Assembly (NCBI GenBank): GCA_032250875.1
Contig: JAVVDT010000001.1
Coordinates: 1,700-65,699 of the forward strand
Direction: 5' to 3'
DNA length: 64,000 bases
Source: Desulfuromonadales bacterium
GTDB lineage: Bacteria; Desulfobacterota; Desulfuromonadia; Desulfuromonadales; BM103
The notes under the pieces were generated by a model, which was given only the letters and a program-made list of their open reading frames with translations, ran no database searches and was not told where the DNA came from. Below, one piece after another: positions 10,755 through 20,442 of this stretch (the stretch's first letter is position 1; each line of letters starts with the position of its first letter). The position numbers and the translations under genes are program-made.

Positions 10755-13227
10755 CGCTGTACTCCCTGATTTGCTGCATTTTGTATCTGGTCTTGGTGAT
10801 GTTTTCGCTGGCCTTGTCATGGGCCGGGTTTAAAAGCAAAACCGTCTCCCACGATTTGATGGCGTCTTCGTATTTACCTTGAGTATAGTAAGCCACTCCC
10901 TGCAAATAAAGTTTCTGCTCATCGCCGGGTTGGGCTCCTGTCTGTTCCATCAGGTCAAGCCTCTGACGGAGTTGCTGTGCCTGTTTGTGATAGGCATCCT
11001 GATCGAGAGCCGCAGAAATGTGGCTTCTGGCAGATTCCAGGTCGCCGTTGTTGAGTGCCATTTCTCCTTGCCTGACCAACTGTTCCAGTTTCTCTGCCTG
11101 ACCTTGTCGACCTTTATTCATCCCTGCCAGGGCATCGCCATGATCGGGATTGATATCGAGGACTGCCCTGTAGAGATCCATAGCCTTGACGTAATCAAGC
11201 TCTTGTATCGCCCGCCCGGCCTCTTGCAGCTTGCTGCTGATGGTGCTTTCGATCTGCTTTGCAAGCTTATCCTGGCCGGTTTTCGCAGGTTCGTAATCGG
11301 GGAGAGCAGCCAGTGCTTTGCGATACAATTTGCCCGCTTCCCGGAAGGTACCTTTGCTGAGAGCCAGATTTGCCTGGTCAGTAAGCTCTTCTGCTTGGCG
11401 TGAGATTTCCTCTGTGAGTTTTTCGAGCTCCAGGCGGCTTCGCTGAGTTGTGTCGATCTCCCGCGCCTGTTCGAACCACTCGCGAGCTTCCTTGTATCGG
11501 TCTCGACCTAGCGCCTGGCGCCCCTTGACCAGTAATTCGTCAAGCCGGTTGGCTTGCATCTGCAGTGCACTGTTCAACCCCTGGGATGCTTCTGCATTCT
11601 CCGGTGTCAGGCTGAGCAGTTCATTAAACAGTTTGATGGCCAGAGCAGGTTGCCCGGAGTTGATTGCTTGCTGCCCCTGTGCAAGCAGTGAAGCCGTTCG
11701 CTGCAGGCGCTGGGCTGCTATCTGCTGTCGTCCGGAAAGGGCCTCCGGATGGCTCGGTGAGATGTCCAGGATGCGAGCATAAATCTGATCAGCAGTGTCG
11801 AGGTCACCTGTTTGCATGTCCAGGGTTGCTTCCTCATTCAGCTGTTCAAGGTTCGCACTCATCGCTTTGCTGACCTCTTCCCGCAGAGCGATGCCGTCAC
11901 TGTTGTCCGGTTGAATCTGTAAGCCTGCAGTGACATGTTCGGAAGCTGACGCAATATCTCCAGCATCCAATGCTGCCTGTGATTTAAAGAAATGCGCTGA
12001 GGCCTTGTTGAGACGAGTTTGGTTGACTTTGCTGATCAAGGTCAGAACCTCAGGGCTGTCAGGTTGCAGCTTATTTGCACTTTGCAGGGCCAGCATGGCG
12101 GCATCGAAGTCATCGTCTTGCAGTTTCAGTTTTGCAAGGGTCAGCCATTCCCTGAACGCGCCAATCGCTGTGGCTATGAGGTTTTGTCTGGCTCCGGAAT
12201 CCTGAGGATTGCTCGCTATGGCCCGGAGCAAGTATTGATGTGCCGATCGGTACTGTCCAAGTTCCATGTTCAGGGTGCCGGCGAGAAAGAGTTCGTTGAA
12301 AAGGGCCTGTTTCTGATCGGCCATAATCGATACAGCCTCGAGCGATTTTATGAGGTTGCCGGACTTCCATAAGGTGACAGCGGTGTTGTATAGCAGTGGC
12401 CGGATCGTTTGCTGAAGCGTCTCTTCGGCGGTTCTGAATGCATGCGTCAGGTTTGTTGCGGCGAGGAGCGGTTGCTGTTGTGCATATGCGATGTAGCCCA
12501 GGTAGTAGAGTGCAGTCGGACTGTCAGGCTGCAGTTCGAGGGCAGTCATAAAGCCTGCTTTGGCTTTGTCAAGATCTTCAGCGGCGAGATAATCCTGGGC
12601 GCGATTGAAGGTCAGGGCAAAAAGGTAATCGCGGCTGACCGGGTCATCCGGAAATTGTTGCAGATAGGTGCGAAATGAATTGATTGCCAGGTTGATATCG
12701 CTTTGCTGCGCATACAGGTCGCCAAGTTGTCGATGGACTTCGTAATGCCCCGGGTTTATCTGAAGGACCTTGTGAAAATAGCGGATCGCTTCGTTGGGGT
12801 TGCCGCCGTTCTGGCTGCTTAATGCCATGTTGAAATAGAGACCGGCTATCGGGTAAATCCCCTGCATGCTCTCGGCGCCAAGTGCGATTGCCTGGTCGAG
12901 ATAGATTTCCGCACTGGTCAGGTCATCCAGCCGTAGAGAGGCAATCGCAAGGTTGTAATGCGCCTCGATACTGTTCTGGTAAGCAGGGTAGGCCATCTGC
13001 AACTCTGCAAGCGCTTCTTTGTTGCGGTCTTTTTTCAGTAAGGCGACTCCCAGCAGGTAATGCAGGGTCAGGTTGCCTGGGTCCGTTGCAAGAGCCTCAT
13101 GGTAGCGTTGGATAATGTCCGGTGTTTTATTTGCCGCCGGTGTGGCTTCCAGGGAGAAAGAATAGTCCGGAAAGGGGAGAAGAAGGAAACCGCCCAGGGC
13201 CAAGGCGGCCAGGGCGCGTTGCATCAT
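10747..13227 (-). CDS. Large secreted tetratricopeptide-repeat protein
   Basis: N-terminal signal peptide; many TPR-like units (e.g. LYLQGVAYYTQGKYEDAIKSWETVLLLNPAH). Confidence 0.85.
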   Translation of the reverse strand: MMQRALAALALGGFLLLPFPDYSFSLEATPAANKTPDIIQRYHEALATDPGNLTLHYLLGVALLKKDRNKEALAELQMAYPAYQNSIEAHYNLAIASLRLDDLTSAEIYLDQAIALGAESMQGIYPIAGLYFNMALSSQNGGNPNEAIRYFHKVLQINPGHYEVHRQLGDLYAQQSDINLAINSFRTYLQQFPDDPVSRDYLFALTFNRAQDYLAAEDLDKAKAGFMTALELQPDSPTALYYLGYIAYAQQQPLLAATNLTHAFRTAEETLQQTIRPLLYNTAVTLWKSGNLIKSLEAVSIMADQKQALFNELFLAGTLNMELGQYRSAHQYLLRAIASNPQDSGARQNLIATAIGAFREWLTLAKLKLQDDDFDAAMLALQSANKLQPDSPEVLTLISKVNQTRLNKASAHFFKSQAALDAGDIASASEHVTAGLQIQPDNSDGIALREEVSKAMSANLEQLNEEATLDMQTGDLDTADQIYARILDISPSHPEALSGRQQIAAQRLQRTASLLAQGQQAINSGQPALAIKLFNELLSLTPENAEASQGLNSALQMQANRLDELLVKGRQALGRDRYKEAREWFEQAREIDTTQRSRLELEKLTEEISRQAEELTDQANLALSKGTFREAGKLYRKALAALPDYEPAKTGQDKLAKQIESTISSKLQEAGRAIQELDYVKAMDLYRAVLDINPDHGDALAGMNKGRQGQAEKLEQLVRQGEMALNNGDLESARSHISAALDQDAYHKQAQQLRQRLDLMEQTGAQPGDEQKLYLQGVAYYTQGKYEDAIKSWETVLLLNPAHDKASENITKTRYKMQQIREYSGE

Positions 13228-14597
13228 GTGCTGCTGACCTCCGAAGCGCTCCGGGCAATGTTGCGATCATGTTTGCCTAGATACATCGCCTTGTCTGCCA
13301 GTTCAATCATCTGATCTTTGGTTGTCGCATGGATCGGGTAGGTTGCATGGCCCACGGTTGCCGTGAGACGTCCGGGTTTCCCTGACCCGGTTGAGAATTC
13401 GAAACCTTCTATGCCGGAGCGAATCCTTTCGGCAACAATTTTTGCTCCCCGGGTATCTGTTTCAACCAGCAGGGCTGTGAATTCATCACCCCCGTAACGG
13501 AACAGCATGTCAGCATCGCGAACGCATTCACGCAATAGGTCGCCAACCTGGCGCAAAACACCGCTACCGGTCATGTGGCCGAATTCGTCATTGATGTTTT
13601 TGAAAAGATCGAGGTCAATGAAGGCCAGGGAGAATTCCAGACCATAGCGTTCGGAGCGACGGATTTCCTGCTCCAGAGCTATATGCAGGTAGCGATGGTT
13701 GTATAAGCCGGTCAGGTCATCTGTGTAGATAAGCTCACGAGCCCCCTGGTACTGGCAGGCATTGTGAAAGCCGAGTGCTACTTGCTCGGCCAAAAAAGTC
13801 AGGTTTTTAACTGGCAGGTCTTTCGGTAATTGCTCGTTCTGCGCATTGCAGAGGATCAGGGCGCCGTGTTCGTCATTATCTGTGTGCATCGGGAAAACCC
13901 AGAGCGAGGTGATATCGGGAAAGGTTTCGCCGAGGGATTCAAAGTCAGTACCCTGCATCGTCTTGGCCCCTTGGATGGCAACAGTTTGATCTGCCAGCAG
14001 TTCGGCCAGTTGTCGGGCCTGAATGTCATCAAACCCCTGCGCGCCTATATGGCTGATCCCGTTTTGGTTTGACAGGTAGGCAACGCCTCGGCCAAGGCCA
14101 AGTTCATGCAGGAGGGTGGCCAGGGATTCCTGGAAAAGTGTTTCGACATTCAGTTGCCCGGAAAGGTGTTGCCCCTTCTGGTAGAGTCGAATCTGGCTTT
14201 GCAGCAAGCTGTTCTCTTCCAGCAGACGACGTTGTTCCAGGCAGCTCTTCACAGTGTGGCGTAATTGCTCGGGGTTGCAAGGTTTGAGCAGGTAGTCGCG
14301 TGCGCCACCCTTTAAGGCCTGGATTGCCGTTTCAACGGTGGCATTGCCGGTTGCCAGTATGATGTCGGGTGACGGATTAAAGGCGCGGGTTCTGCGAATG
14401 AGTTCAAGGCCACATATCTCGGGCATGACCATGTCGGTGAGGACGACATCGACCTTGTTCCGGGTCAGGTAGTCCAGGGCTTCCTTGCCTGAACCAACAG
14501 CTTCGATATCGTAATGATCCCCTTCCGAGAGTATCTCGGTAAAAAGGCGACGAAAAAACACTTCGTCATCAACAATCAGGATCCGTGGTTTCGACAT
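13224..14597 (-). CDS. gacA: Rec-(GAF-like)-GGDEF dinucleotide cyclase, Hypr type (putative 3',3'-cGAMP synthase, GacA-like)
   Basis: Intact receiver (DD, D, T, KP); RDAD I-site; GGDEF; GHMTGS has Ser (codon 13563-13565, residue 345) where canonical DGCs have the guanine-binding Asp; lies between comEC and hisS like Geobacter GSU1658. Confidence 0.8.
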   Translation of the reverse strand: MSKPRILIVDDEVFFRRLFTEILSEGDHYDIEAVGSGKEALDYLTRNKVDVVLTDMVMPEICGLELIRRTRAFNPSPDIILATGNATVETAIQALKGGARDYLLKPCNPEQLRHTVKSCLEQRRLLEENSLLQSQIRLYQKGQHLSGQLNVETLFQESLATLLHELGLGRGVAYLSNQNGISHIGAQGFDDIQARQLAELLADQTVAIQGAKTMQGTDFESLGETFPDITSLWVFPMHTDNDEHGALILCNAQNEQLPKDLPVKNLTFLAEQVALGFHNACQYQGARELIYTDDLTGLYNHRYLHIALEQEIRRSERYGLEFSLAFIDLDLFKNINDEFGHMTGSGVLRQVGDLLRECVRDADMLFRYGGDEFTALLVETDTRGAKIVAERIRSGIEGFEFSTGSGKPGRLTATVGHATYPIHATTKDQMIELADKAMYLGKHDRNIARSASEVSST

Positions 14598-14728
14598 CGC
14601 TGTCCCCCCTGTGAAATTAAGCATCAAGTTACCAATTTCATTGAAATTAGTCAATTATAAAGCTTTTCTCCAGATTGTTGGCAGCGTGGGTTGATTAATT
14701 CACGAAGGGGCTTTCATGAATTTAGAGA

Positions 14729-17080
14729 TTATTTGAAAAAAGTCTCGGTCTGCCAGTCTTTGTCAATCAATTGAAATGTCAGCATACCCTGCAGGTCGGT
14801 TCTGAAGAGAGCTGCCTGGAGATCTTTGCAGGCCGCAACCGTGTTGTAGTGAGGGAAGCCGTAGACGTTCTCGCGGCCGGCTGAGACAAACGCCAGAGAT
14901 GGCCTGAATATTTCTAAAAAAGATTCGGGACTGGCGTGGCGGCTTCCGTGGTGCGGCAGTTTGAGAATCTTTACCGGTCCTGGAAAACCTCTGTTCGTCA
15001 TTTGTTGCAAGCTCTTTTCTCCCATGTCAGCTGTTAACAGGACGCCTTCCTGTTCATGCCTGGCGTAAACAGCAATTGAACGCTCGTTGATGTCTCTTTC
15101 TCCCTGGTCCGGGACAAAGAGGCTGAATCCCTGCTGATCGCCAATGTGGATAGTGGTCCAGCCAGGATCGGGTTTGGTTACTTTGGTTTTGCCTGCCTGG
15201 AGAGTATTCCGGAGCGATGTGGGAAGTTCTTCAGGCTCGCCGGCGTAATAAAAATTTGTTACCGGGAACCTTTGCAGTATGTATTTCAGTCCTGAACTGT
15301 GATCAGGGTGGTTGTGAGTCAGGATGATGCCATCAAGGTGGTCAATGCCCAGTCGTCCGAGAGCCGGGGCCACCATGCGTTCGCCGGGATCTATGCTGGA
15401 TTCGGGCAAACCGCCGCCATCGATCAGGAAGTGTGCATCACCGGCCATGGATATCAGTGTTGCATCACCCTGACCAACGCTCAGTGCAGTGACCCTGAAG
15501 AGGGGAGAGGGTGGCTGTGTTGCATGAGATAGGGCCAGGGTTGCCAAAAGAACCAGGATACGTACATAGCGGGAATGTTTAGTCTTGTATGGAAGGAGCG
15601 CAAGCAAAAAACCGGACAGCAAGATCAAACCAGAAAACGTCAGGTATCTTTCTTGTACTTGTAGTGGTGGCCAACTGCTGACAAGGCGTGCAATATCCAT
15701 GGCCAGGGCCACCAGCCTTGCACATAGCAGATAACCCCAGTCAGAGACTTGTGGCACGAAGGGCTGGATTGCCATGCTGGCCAATCCAAGAGGCACCGCT
15801 CCCCAGGCAATCAGGGGGATTGCCGCCAGGTTGGTCACCAAGCCTGCCGGAGCATACTGATGGAAATGCCAGAGCGTTGCCGGAGCCGTTGCCAGGGTCG
15901 CCGTCATCGTTGTCAAAAGAAGAAGGAGCGGCCAGAGAATAATTTGCGACAGGGCGACAAGCCTGTTTTGCATGCACGGTAACCAGACCAGAATTCCCGC
16001 TACGCCAGCAAAGGAGAGTTGGAACCCTGGCTCCAGAAGTGCCAGAGGGTCGACAACCAACAGGCACAAAGCAACGGTGGCAAGCAGGTTAAGTGCTGAG
16101 ACGCGTCGGTCGCGTGCGATGAGTATCCCGGCCACTGTGACCATCAGGAATGCGCGCCTGGTCGACCAGGCCTGACCTGTTAAAACAAGATAGAAAGCCA
16201 GGGGCAATATCATGGCCAGGGGCAGAATGCGTTGCGGCGGGCACCATAGCGGCAATCGCTGGCTGCGTATGTAGAGCCATTTGCCGGTTTGGTAGAGCAG
16301 CAGGGCCAAGAGGCCGAAATGAAGGCCTGAAATGGCAAAGAGGTGAGCGATACCACTGTCTGCTAGGATATTACGCTGTTGGGCGCTTATTTCGCCACGC
16401 AATCCGAGCAATAAAGATTGTACCAGGCCTGCCTGTTCATCGGGGACCACGGTCTTGATACGCCCGGCGAGAGACTGCCTGAAATTTTCCAGTCGGGCCG
16501 GTTTTCCTTCCGGGTGATTGCTGATTGTGACGATGCCGCTGCTGTCACGGGTAAAAGCCGTGACATAGACACCTTGGGCGGCGAGATGAAGTGGGTAGTC
16601 AAATTCGCCAGGGTTGCCGAACCTGAACGGTTGACGCAGCGTGGAACGCCAACGGATAACCTGGCCAGGTCGAGCGGAGAAATTTCCTGTTTTTATATAA
16701 AGAAGTATTTTTCCCGTGGCAAAGGATGAAGTTCCGTCCTCATTGATGATGCGCAGGCTTTCAGTGAGGGCGCGGTAGCCGCCGCTATCTCTCGATTCGG
16801 CTGTGAGTAGCCGGGCCTCGATGATTTTGTCAGTGCCGTCAAGAAAACGACTAACATGATCAGATGTTTCAGGAGGGTTAAGCTGTTGTGTGGTGTTGAG
16901 CAAGCCGATCAGGCACAGCAACATCAAAAATGGCCATGTTGCCCATCTTGTTCTGCGCAGGACGACCCAGCCCAGGACAAGAAAGGTTGCCAGTATATAT
17001 TGACCGACAATGTTGCCTGGCGACAGAAGGCACGCCAGTACAATGCCGGCCGCATATGCAGCCAGCAGCATTCCGGGCAT
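14729..17080 (-). CDS. comEC: DNA uptake protein ComEC/Rec2 (OB fold, competence domain, metallo-beta-lactamase domain)
   Basis: NPGEFDY, HLFAISGLH, GFQLSF, VGQGD, THNHPDH and PHHGS. Confidence 0.93.
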   Translation of the reverse strand: MPGMLLAAYAAGIVLACLLSPGNIVGQYILATFLVLGWVVLRRTRWATWPFLMLLCLIGLLNTTQQLNPPETSDHVSRFLDGTDKIIEARLLTAESRDSGGYRALTESLRIINEDGTSSFATGKILLYIKTGNFSARPGQVIRWRSTLRQPFRFGNPGEFDYPLHLAAQGVYVTAFTRDSSGIVTISNHPEGKPARLENFRQSLAGRIKTVVPDEQAGLVQSLLLGLRGEISAQQRNILADSGIAHLFAISGLHFGLLALLLYQTGKWLYIRSQRLPLWCPPQRILPLAMILPLAFYLVLTGQAWSTRRAFLMVTVAGILIARDRRVSALNLLATVALCLLVVDPLALLEPGFQLSFAGVAGILVWLPCMQNRLVALSQIILWPLLLLLTTMTATLATAPATLWHFHQYAPAGLVTNLAAIPLIAWGAVPLGLASMAIQPFVPQVSDWGYLLCARLVALAMDIARLVSSWPPLQVQERYLTFSGLILLSGFLLALLPYKTKHSRYVRILVLLATLALSHATQPPSPLFRVTALSVGQGDATLISMAGDAHFLIDGGGLPESSIDPGERMVAPALGRLGIDHLDGIILTHNHPDHSSGLKYILQRFPVTNFYYAGEPEELPTSLRNTLQAGKTKVTKPDPGWTTIHIGDQQGFSLFVPDQGERDINERSIAVYARHEQEGVLLTADMGEKSLQQMTNRGFPGPVKILKLPHHGSRHASPESFLEIFRPSLAFVSAGRENVYGFPHYNTVAACKDLQAALFRTDLQGMLTFQLIDKDWQTETFFK

Positions 17081-17086
17081 CGGGAT

Positions 17087-18232
17087 TTAGCGTTCGATGC
17101 CGAAGGCTGCCAGTAATGTTGTTATGGTGTCGAGATCCTGGTTCGATGGTGATGCGGTGGCATTGAGACCGAGCAGGGACGTCGCCAATTCTGCATCAAC
17201 CTGCCGCCTGGTCAGCGATAACTGGTCGAGACCGCCTCCCGGAGGTAAGGTTACGCTGATATTGCTCTCTCCTGCCATAAAGTGCAGTCCGGAGATCGAG
17301 TAGTTGTCAAGGTAGGCCTTTGCTGTCAGGTTGATTTCGTGATGGCCGCCTAACACAATCTTCAGAGGGTCGCCCATGGCACGCAGATTTAGATCGTAAA
17401 AACCACTTTTAGAGAATGTTACAGGGATACGGACTTCAGCTTTCAAAGGACCGGCCCTGAGCCATTTGCCTGCGCTTGGGCGCCCCAGGTGGGGGATGGT
17501 GACGACCCGCGTTCCGGGCTGAAGATGATCTTCCGCCTCGATGGTAATGTTCTCGTCAGCGAGTGGGAATACGTCGATGAGTTTAAACAACTGCAACAGG
17601 GTCGTGTTGATGTCTGCCCAGGTTAACGAGGCCTCCGGTTGCCAGCCGCCATCCGGGGTGATCATTGCAAGGTTGGGAGCGGTCAGGCTGATATAGTCTA
17701 TGGATCCGTTTGCTGGCAGTGTCACAATAATTTCCTGTGACCCCGGCTCAAGTCGAAAAGCCCCTATTGTCACGACCGTAAAATTCTGGTCAGCATCGCC
17801 AGTTGTTACCTTGTCTCCAACTTTGAATTGGTGTCCTGGCTGACGTAAGTGAGCCGTGATTAGATAGGTGCCGGCAACCGGGAGGGTAAAGTTGAGATGA
17901 ACCTCGGTTGGCTCCCTTGTCCCGTGTAGCCAACCTTCGCCACTGAAACTGCCAAAATTGCGGAATGCCATGAGTGAGACATTGTCCGTGTCTCGGGAAT
18001 AAACATCCTCAGCCTCAAAACGCAGTTCGCGATTGCCTGATAAAATATTGATGTAATCCGGATCCTGCGGTTCATCGGGGAGCCCGTAAGTCCACCCCAA
18101 TGTGTCAACAATGGTGTTCATCCAGTCACGCTGCGTCAGTTCCGCAGCGAAAGATGCACTGAGAGTGCACAACACCAGTGTTGCAGTTGTAAACAAGGTC
18201 GCTATGAGACTTGAAAACTGATGACGGTTCAT
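17087..18232 (-). CDS. Secreted hypothetical protein with two beta-sandwich (CBM6/35-like) modules
   Basis: Signal peptide; repeated xxEAED starts (LRFEAED, ITIEAED); 6-nt gap to comEC. Confidence 0.6.
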   Translation of the reverse strand: MNRHQFSSLIATLFTTATLVLCTLSASFAAELTQRDWMNTIVDTLGWTYGLPDEPQDPDYINILSGNRELRFEAEDVYSRDTDNVSLMAFRNFGSFSGEGWLHGTREPTEVHLNFTLPVAGTYLITAHLRQPGHQFKVGDKVTTGDADQNFTVVTIGAFRLEPGSQEIIVTLPANGSIDYISLTAPNLAMITPDGGWQPEASLTWADINTTLLQLFKLIDVFPLADENITIEAEDHLQPGTRVVTIPHLGRPSAGKWLRAGPLKAEVRIPVTFSKSGFYDLNLRAMGDPLKIVLGGHHEINLTAKAYLDNYSISGLHFMAGESNISVTLPPGGGLDQLSLTRRQVDAELATSLLGLNATASPSNQDLDTITTLLAAFGIER

Positions 18233-18439
18233 TTTGAGTGGCCCTCCAAATCGGTATTACAAAAAATTGCATTGAATAACATCAGATTATCACAGTGCGT
18301 CTGGCTTGGAAAGACTTTGTAAGGTGATTCAGGGTCTGGCAGATTTGCAGGGTTTTGCCTGTCTGTCTCGTTATTTTAATGATTTGTCAATAGCCACACT
18401 CTTTAGTAAACTCGTGAAAATAATCACTGGGAGGGCGCT

Positions 18440-19894
18440 ATGAAGATACTGGCGAGGTTTTCTTTGTTTGCTGCAACGCTGGGCATCCTGACGGGCCTCA
18501 TTGGCTGTGCGGTCAACCCTGTTACGGGACAGCAGCAGCTAATGCTGCTGAGTGAACAGGATGAATCCACCCTGGGGAAACAAACGGACAAATCCGTCAT
18601 CGATCAATATGGCGTTTATGATGACGTCGGTCTGCAGCGCTACCTGGAAGGGATGGGACAACCGATGGGACGGCTTTCCCATCGTCCTGCCCTGGATTGG
18701 CAGTTCAAGGTCATGGACTCGCCGGTTGTCAACGCTTTTGCCGCTCCTGGAGGGTATATCTATGTCACTCGCGGCTTGCTGGCCGCTGTCAACGATGAAG
18801 CCGAGTTGGCAGGTGTGCTCGGGCACGAAATAGGTCATGTCACCGCCAGGCATTCTGCTCAGCAGTACAGTAAGATGATGTTGGCTAACCTTGGCTTGAG
18901 CCTCGGGCAGGGGTTGCTCGGCAGTTATGGCGACGTTCTCAGTCCTGTCCTCGAAGCCGGGGCCGGTTTACTGTTTCTGAAGTTCAGCCGCGACGATGAG
19001 CGCGAAGCAGACGCTTTAGGTGTCGAATACGCCACCCGGGCGGGGTACGATGCCGGGCGGATGGCTGATTTTTTTATTACCCTGCAACGGCAATCATCAC
19101 TGGAAGGCCAGCAGGAAGCAAGATTGCCTGAGTTTTTTTCCACCCACCCCAACCCCGTCAACCGGGAAGCGAATGTTCGGGCCATGGCCCGTAACTGGCA
19201 GTCGCGTTATCCGGGTCAAAAATTCCAGGTTAACCGGGCAGCATATCTGTCCAGAATTGACGGCATGGTCTACGGGGATGACCCACGCAAGGGCTTCCAG
19301 GAAAACGGTTGGTACTACTTTCCTCAATATCAGGCCAAACTGCCGATACCAACTGGTTGGAAGCTTGAGCGCGAAGGGAACAACCTGCAGATGATCCACC
19401 CGGAAGAGAAGGCGGTTTCCCTCCTCAGCATCCGTCCTGACAGCAACTCCGCTGATGTCGTGGCTGATTTCCTGAAGTCCACCGGAGCCAAGGTTCAGGA
19501 TCAGCGCTCGTCGACCAGTAATGGCATCCCGCTGCGACTGATATTGTCAACAATTACCAGTGGCCAGCAACAGGCCGTTGTCATTTCCCACTTTTATCAG
19601 AAGGGTTCCGATGTCTTTGCGTTTCATGGTATGACTGAAAACGCAAATTATGCGACTCTTAAAGATGTCATGCAAAGTCCCGCCAAGGGGTTTGCTGTCA
19701 TGACTGATCGGGCCAAGTTGAACAAGCAACCACAGAAAATAGTCATAAAATCTGTTGCCAGGGCGACGATCCTCGAAAAAATGCTGCAGTCGCTGAAGGT
19801 TGACCAGAGCCTGTGGCAGAAAATAGCCTGGTTGAATGGCAGAGAGCTGAATGAGGTCTTGGCCGGGGGGGAAAGAATCAAAATCATCCAGTAG
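18440..19894 (+). CDS. M48-family zinc metalloprotease lipoprotein
   Basis: IGC lipobox; VNAFAAPGG, HEIGH, EREAD and STHP. Confidence 0.9.
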   Translation: MKILARFSLFAATLGILTGLIGCAVNPVTGQQQLMLLSEQDESTLGKQTDKSVIDQYGVYDDVGLQRYLEGMGQPMGRLSHRPALDWQFKVMDSPVVNAFAAPGGYIYVTRGLLAAVNDEAELAGVLGHEIGHVTARHSAQQYSKMMLANLGLSLGQGLLGSYGDVLSPVLEAGAGLLFLKFSRDDEREADALGVEYATRAGYDAGRMADFFITLQRQSSLEGQQEARLPEFFSTHPNPVNREANVRAMARNWQSRYPGQKFQVNRAAYLSRIDGMVYGDDPRKGFQENGWYYFPQYQAKLPIPTGWKLEREGNNLQMIHPEEKAVSLLSIRPDSNSADVVADFLKSTGAKVQDQRSSTSNGIPLRLILSTITSGQQQAVVISHFYQKGSDVFAFHGMTENANYATLKDVMQSPAKGFAVMTDRAKLNKQPQKIVIKSVARATILEKMLQSLKVDQSLWQKIAWLNGRELNEVLAGGERIKIIQ

Positions 19895-20060
19895 CTCAAT
19901 ACACAAAGAGTACGCGGCATTATATGTAACAGCCCTTTTGCTTTTGTTCTGATCTTATACTATCTTGGCAAATACTTTATTGTTAACGGGTTAAGCATGT
20001 TGAAATCTCATTAACTTTTGCGATCATTTGCTGATGTTCTTTGGAATCATGGGGGAGACT

Positions 20061-20432
20061 ATGTCGAAGTGTGTATTGATTGTTGACGATTCAGAAACTG
20101 TCCGTCAAGTTTTGCAGATGACTCTCACTAATGCAGGTTATGATGTCATCGAAGCTGTCGATGGTGAGGATGCCATTGAGAAGCTGACAAATGCCTCGTC
20201 CGTCAATATGCTGATCACCGACCTGAACATGCCGAACATGGATGGCCTGCAGCTGATTCAACAGGTTCGCAAAGAGAGGAACCACAGGTTTATGCCGATC
20301 GTCATGTTGACCACAGAGTCTTCTGAAGAGAAGAAGCAGGCTGGCCGCGATGCTGGTGCATCCGGGTGGATCGTCAAACCATTCAAACCAGAGCAACTAC
20401 TCAAGGTCGTCAAAATGGTGCTCGGTAGTTGA
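20061..20432 (+). CDS. cheY: Chemotaxis response regulator CheY
   Basis: Single receiver with VDDS, TDLNMPNMDG, LTTES and GWIVKPF; GGGGAG RBS. Confidence 0.88.
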   Translation: MSKCVLIVDDSETVRQVLQMTLTNAGYDVIEAVDGEDAIEKLTNASSVNMLITDLNMPNMDGLQLIQQVRKERNHRFMPIVMLTTESSEEKKQAGRDAGASGWIVKPFKPEQLLKVVKMVLGS

Positions 20433-20442
20433 TGGACGATTT

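Noticed and set aside
19966-19980. TGGCAAATACTTTAT as sigma54 promoter of cheY-cheR (and TGGTATGGAGTTTAA before the second MCP)
   Set aside because: Both lack the -13 G and -12 C, and no full palindrome is nearby; too weak to call
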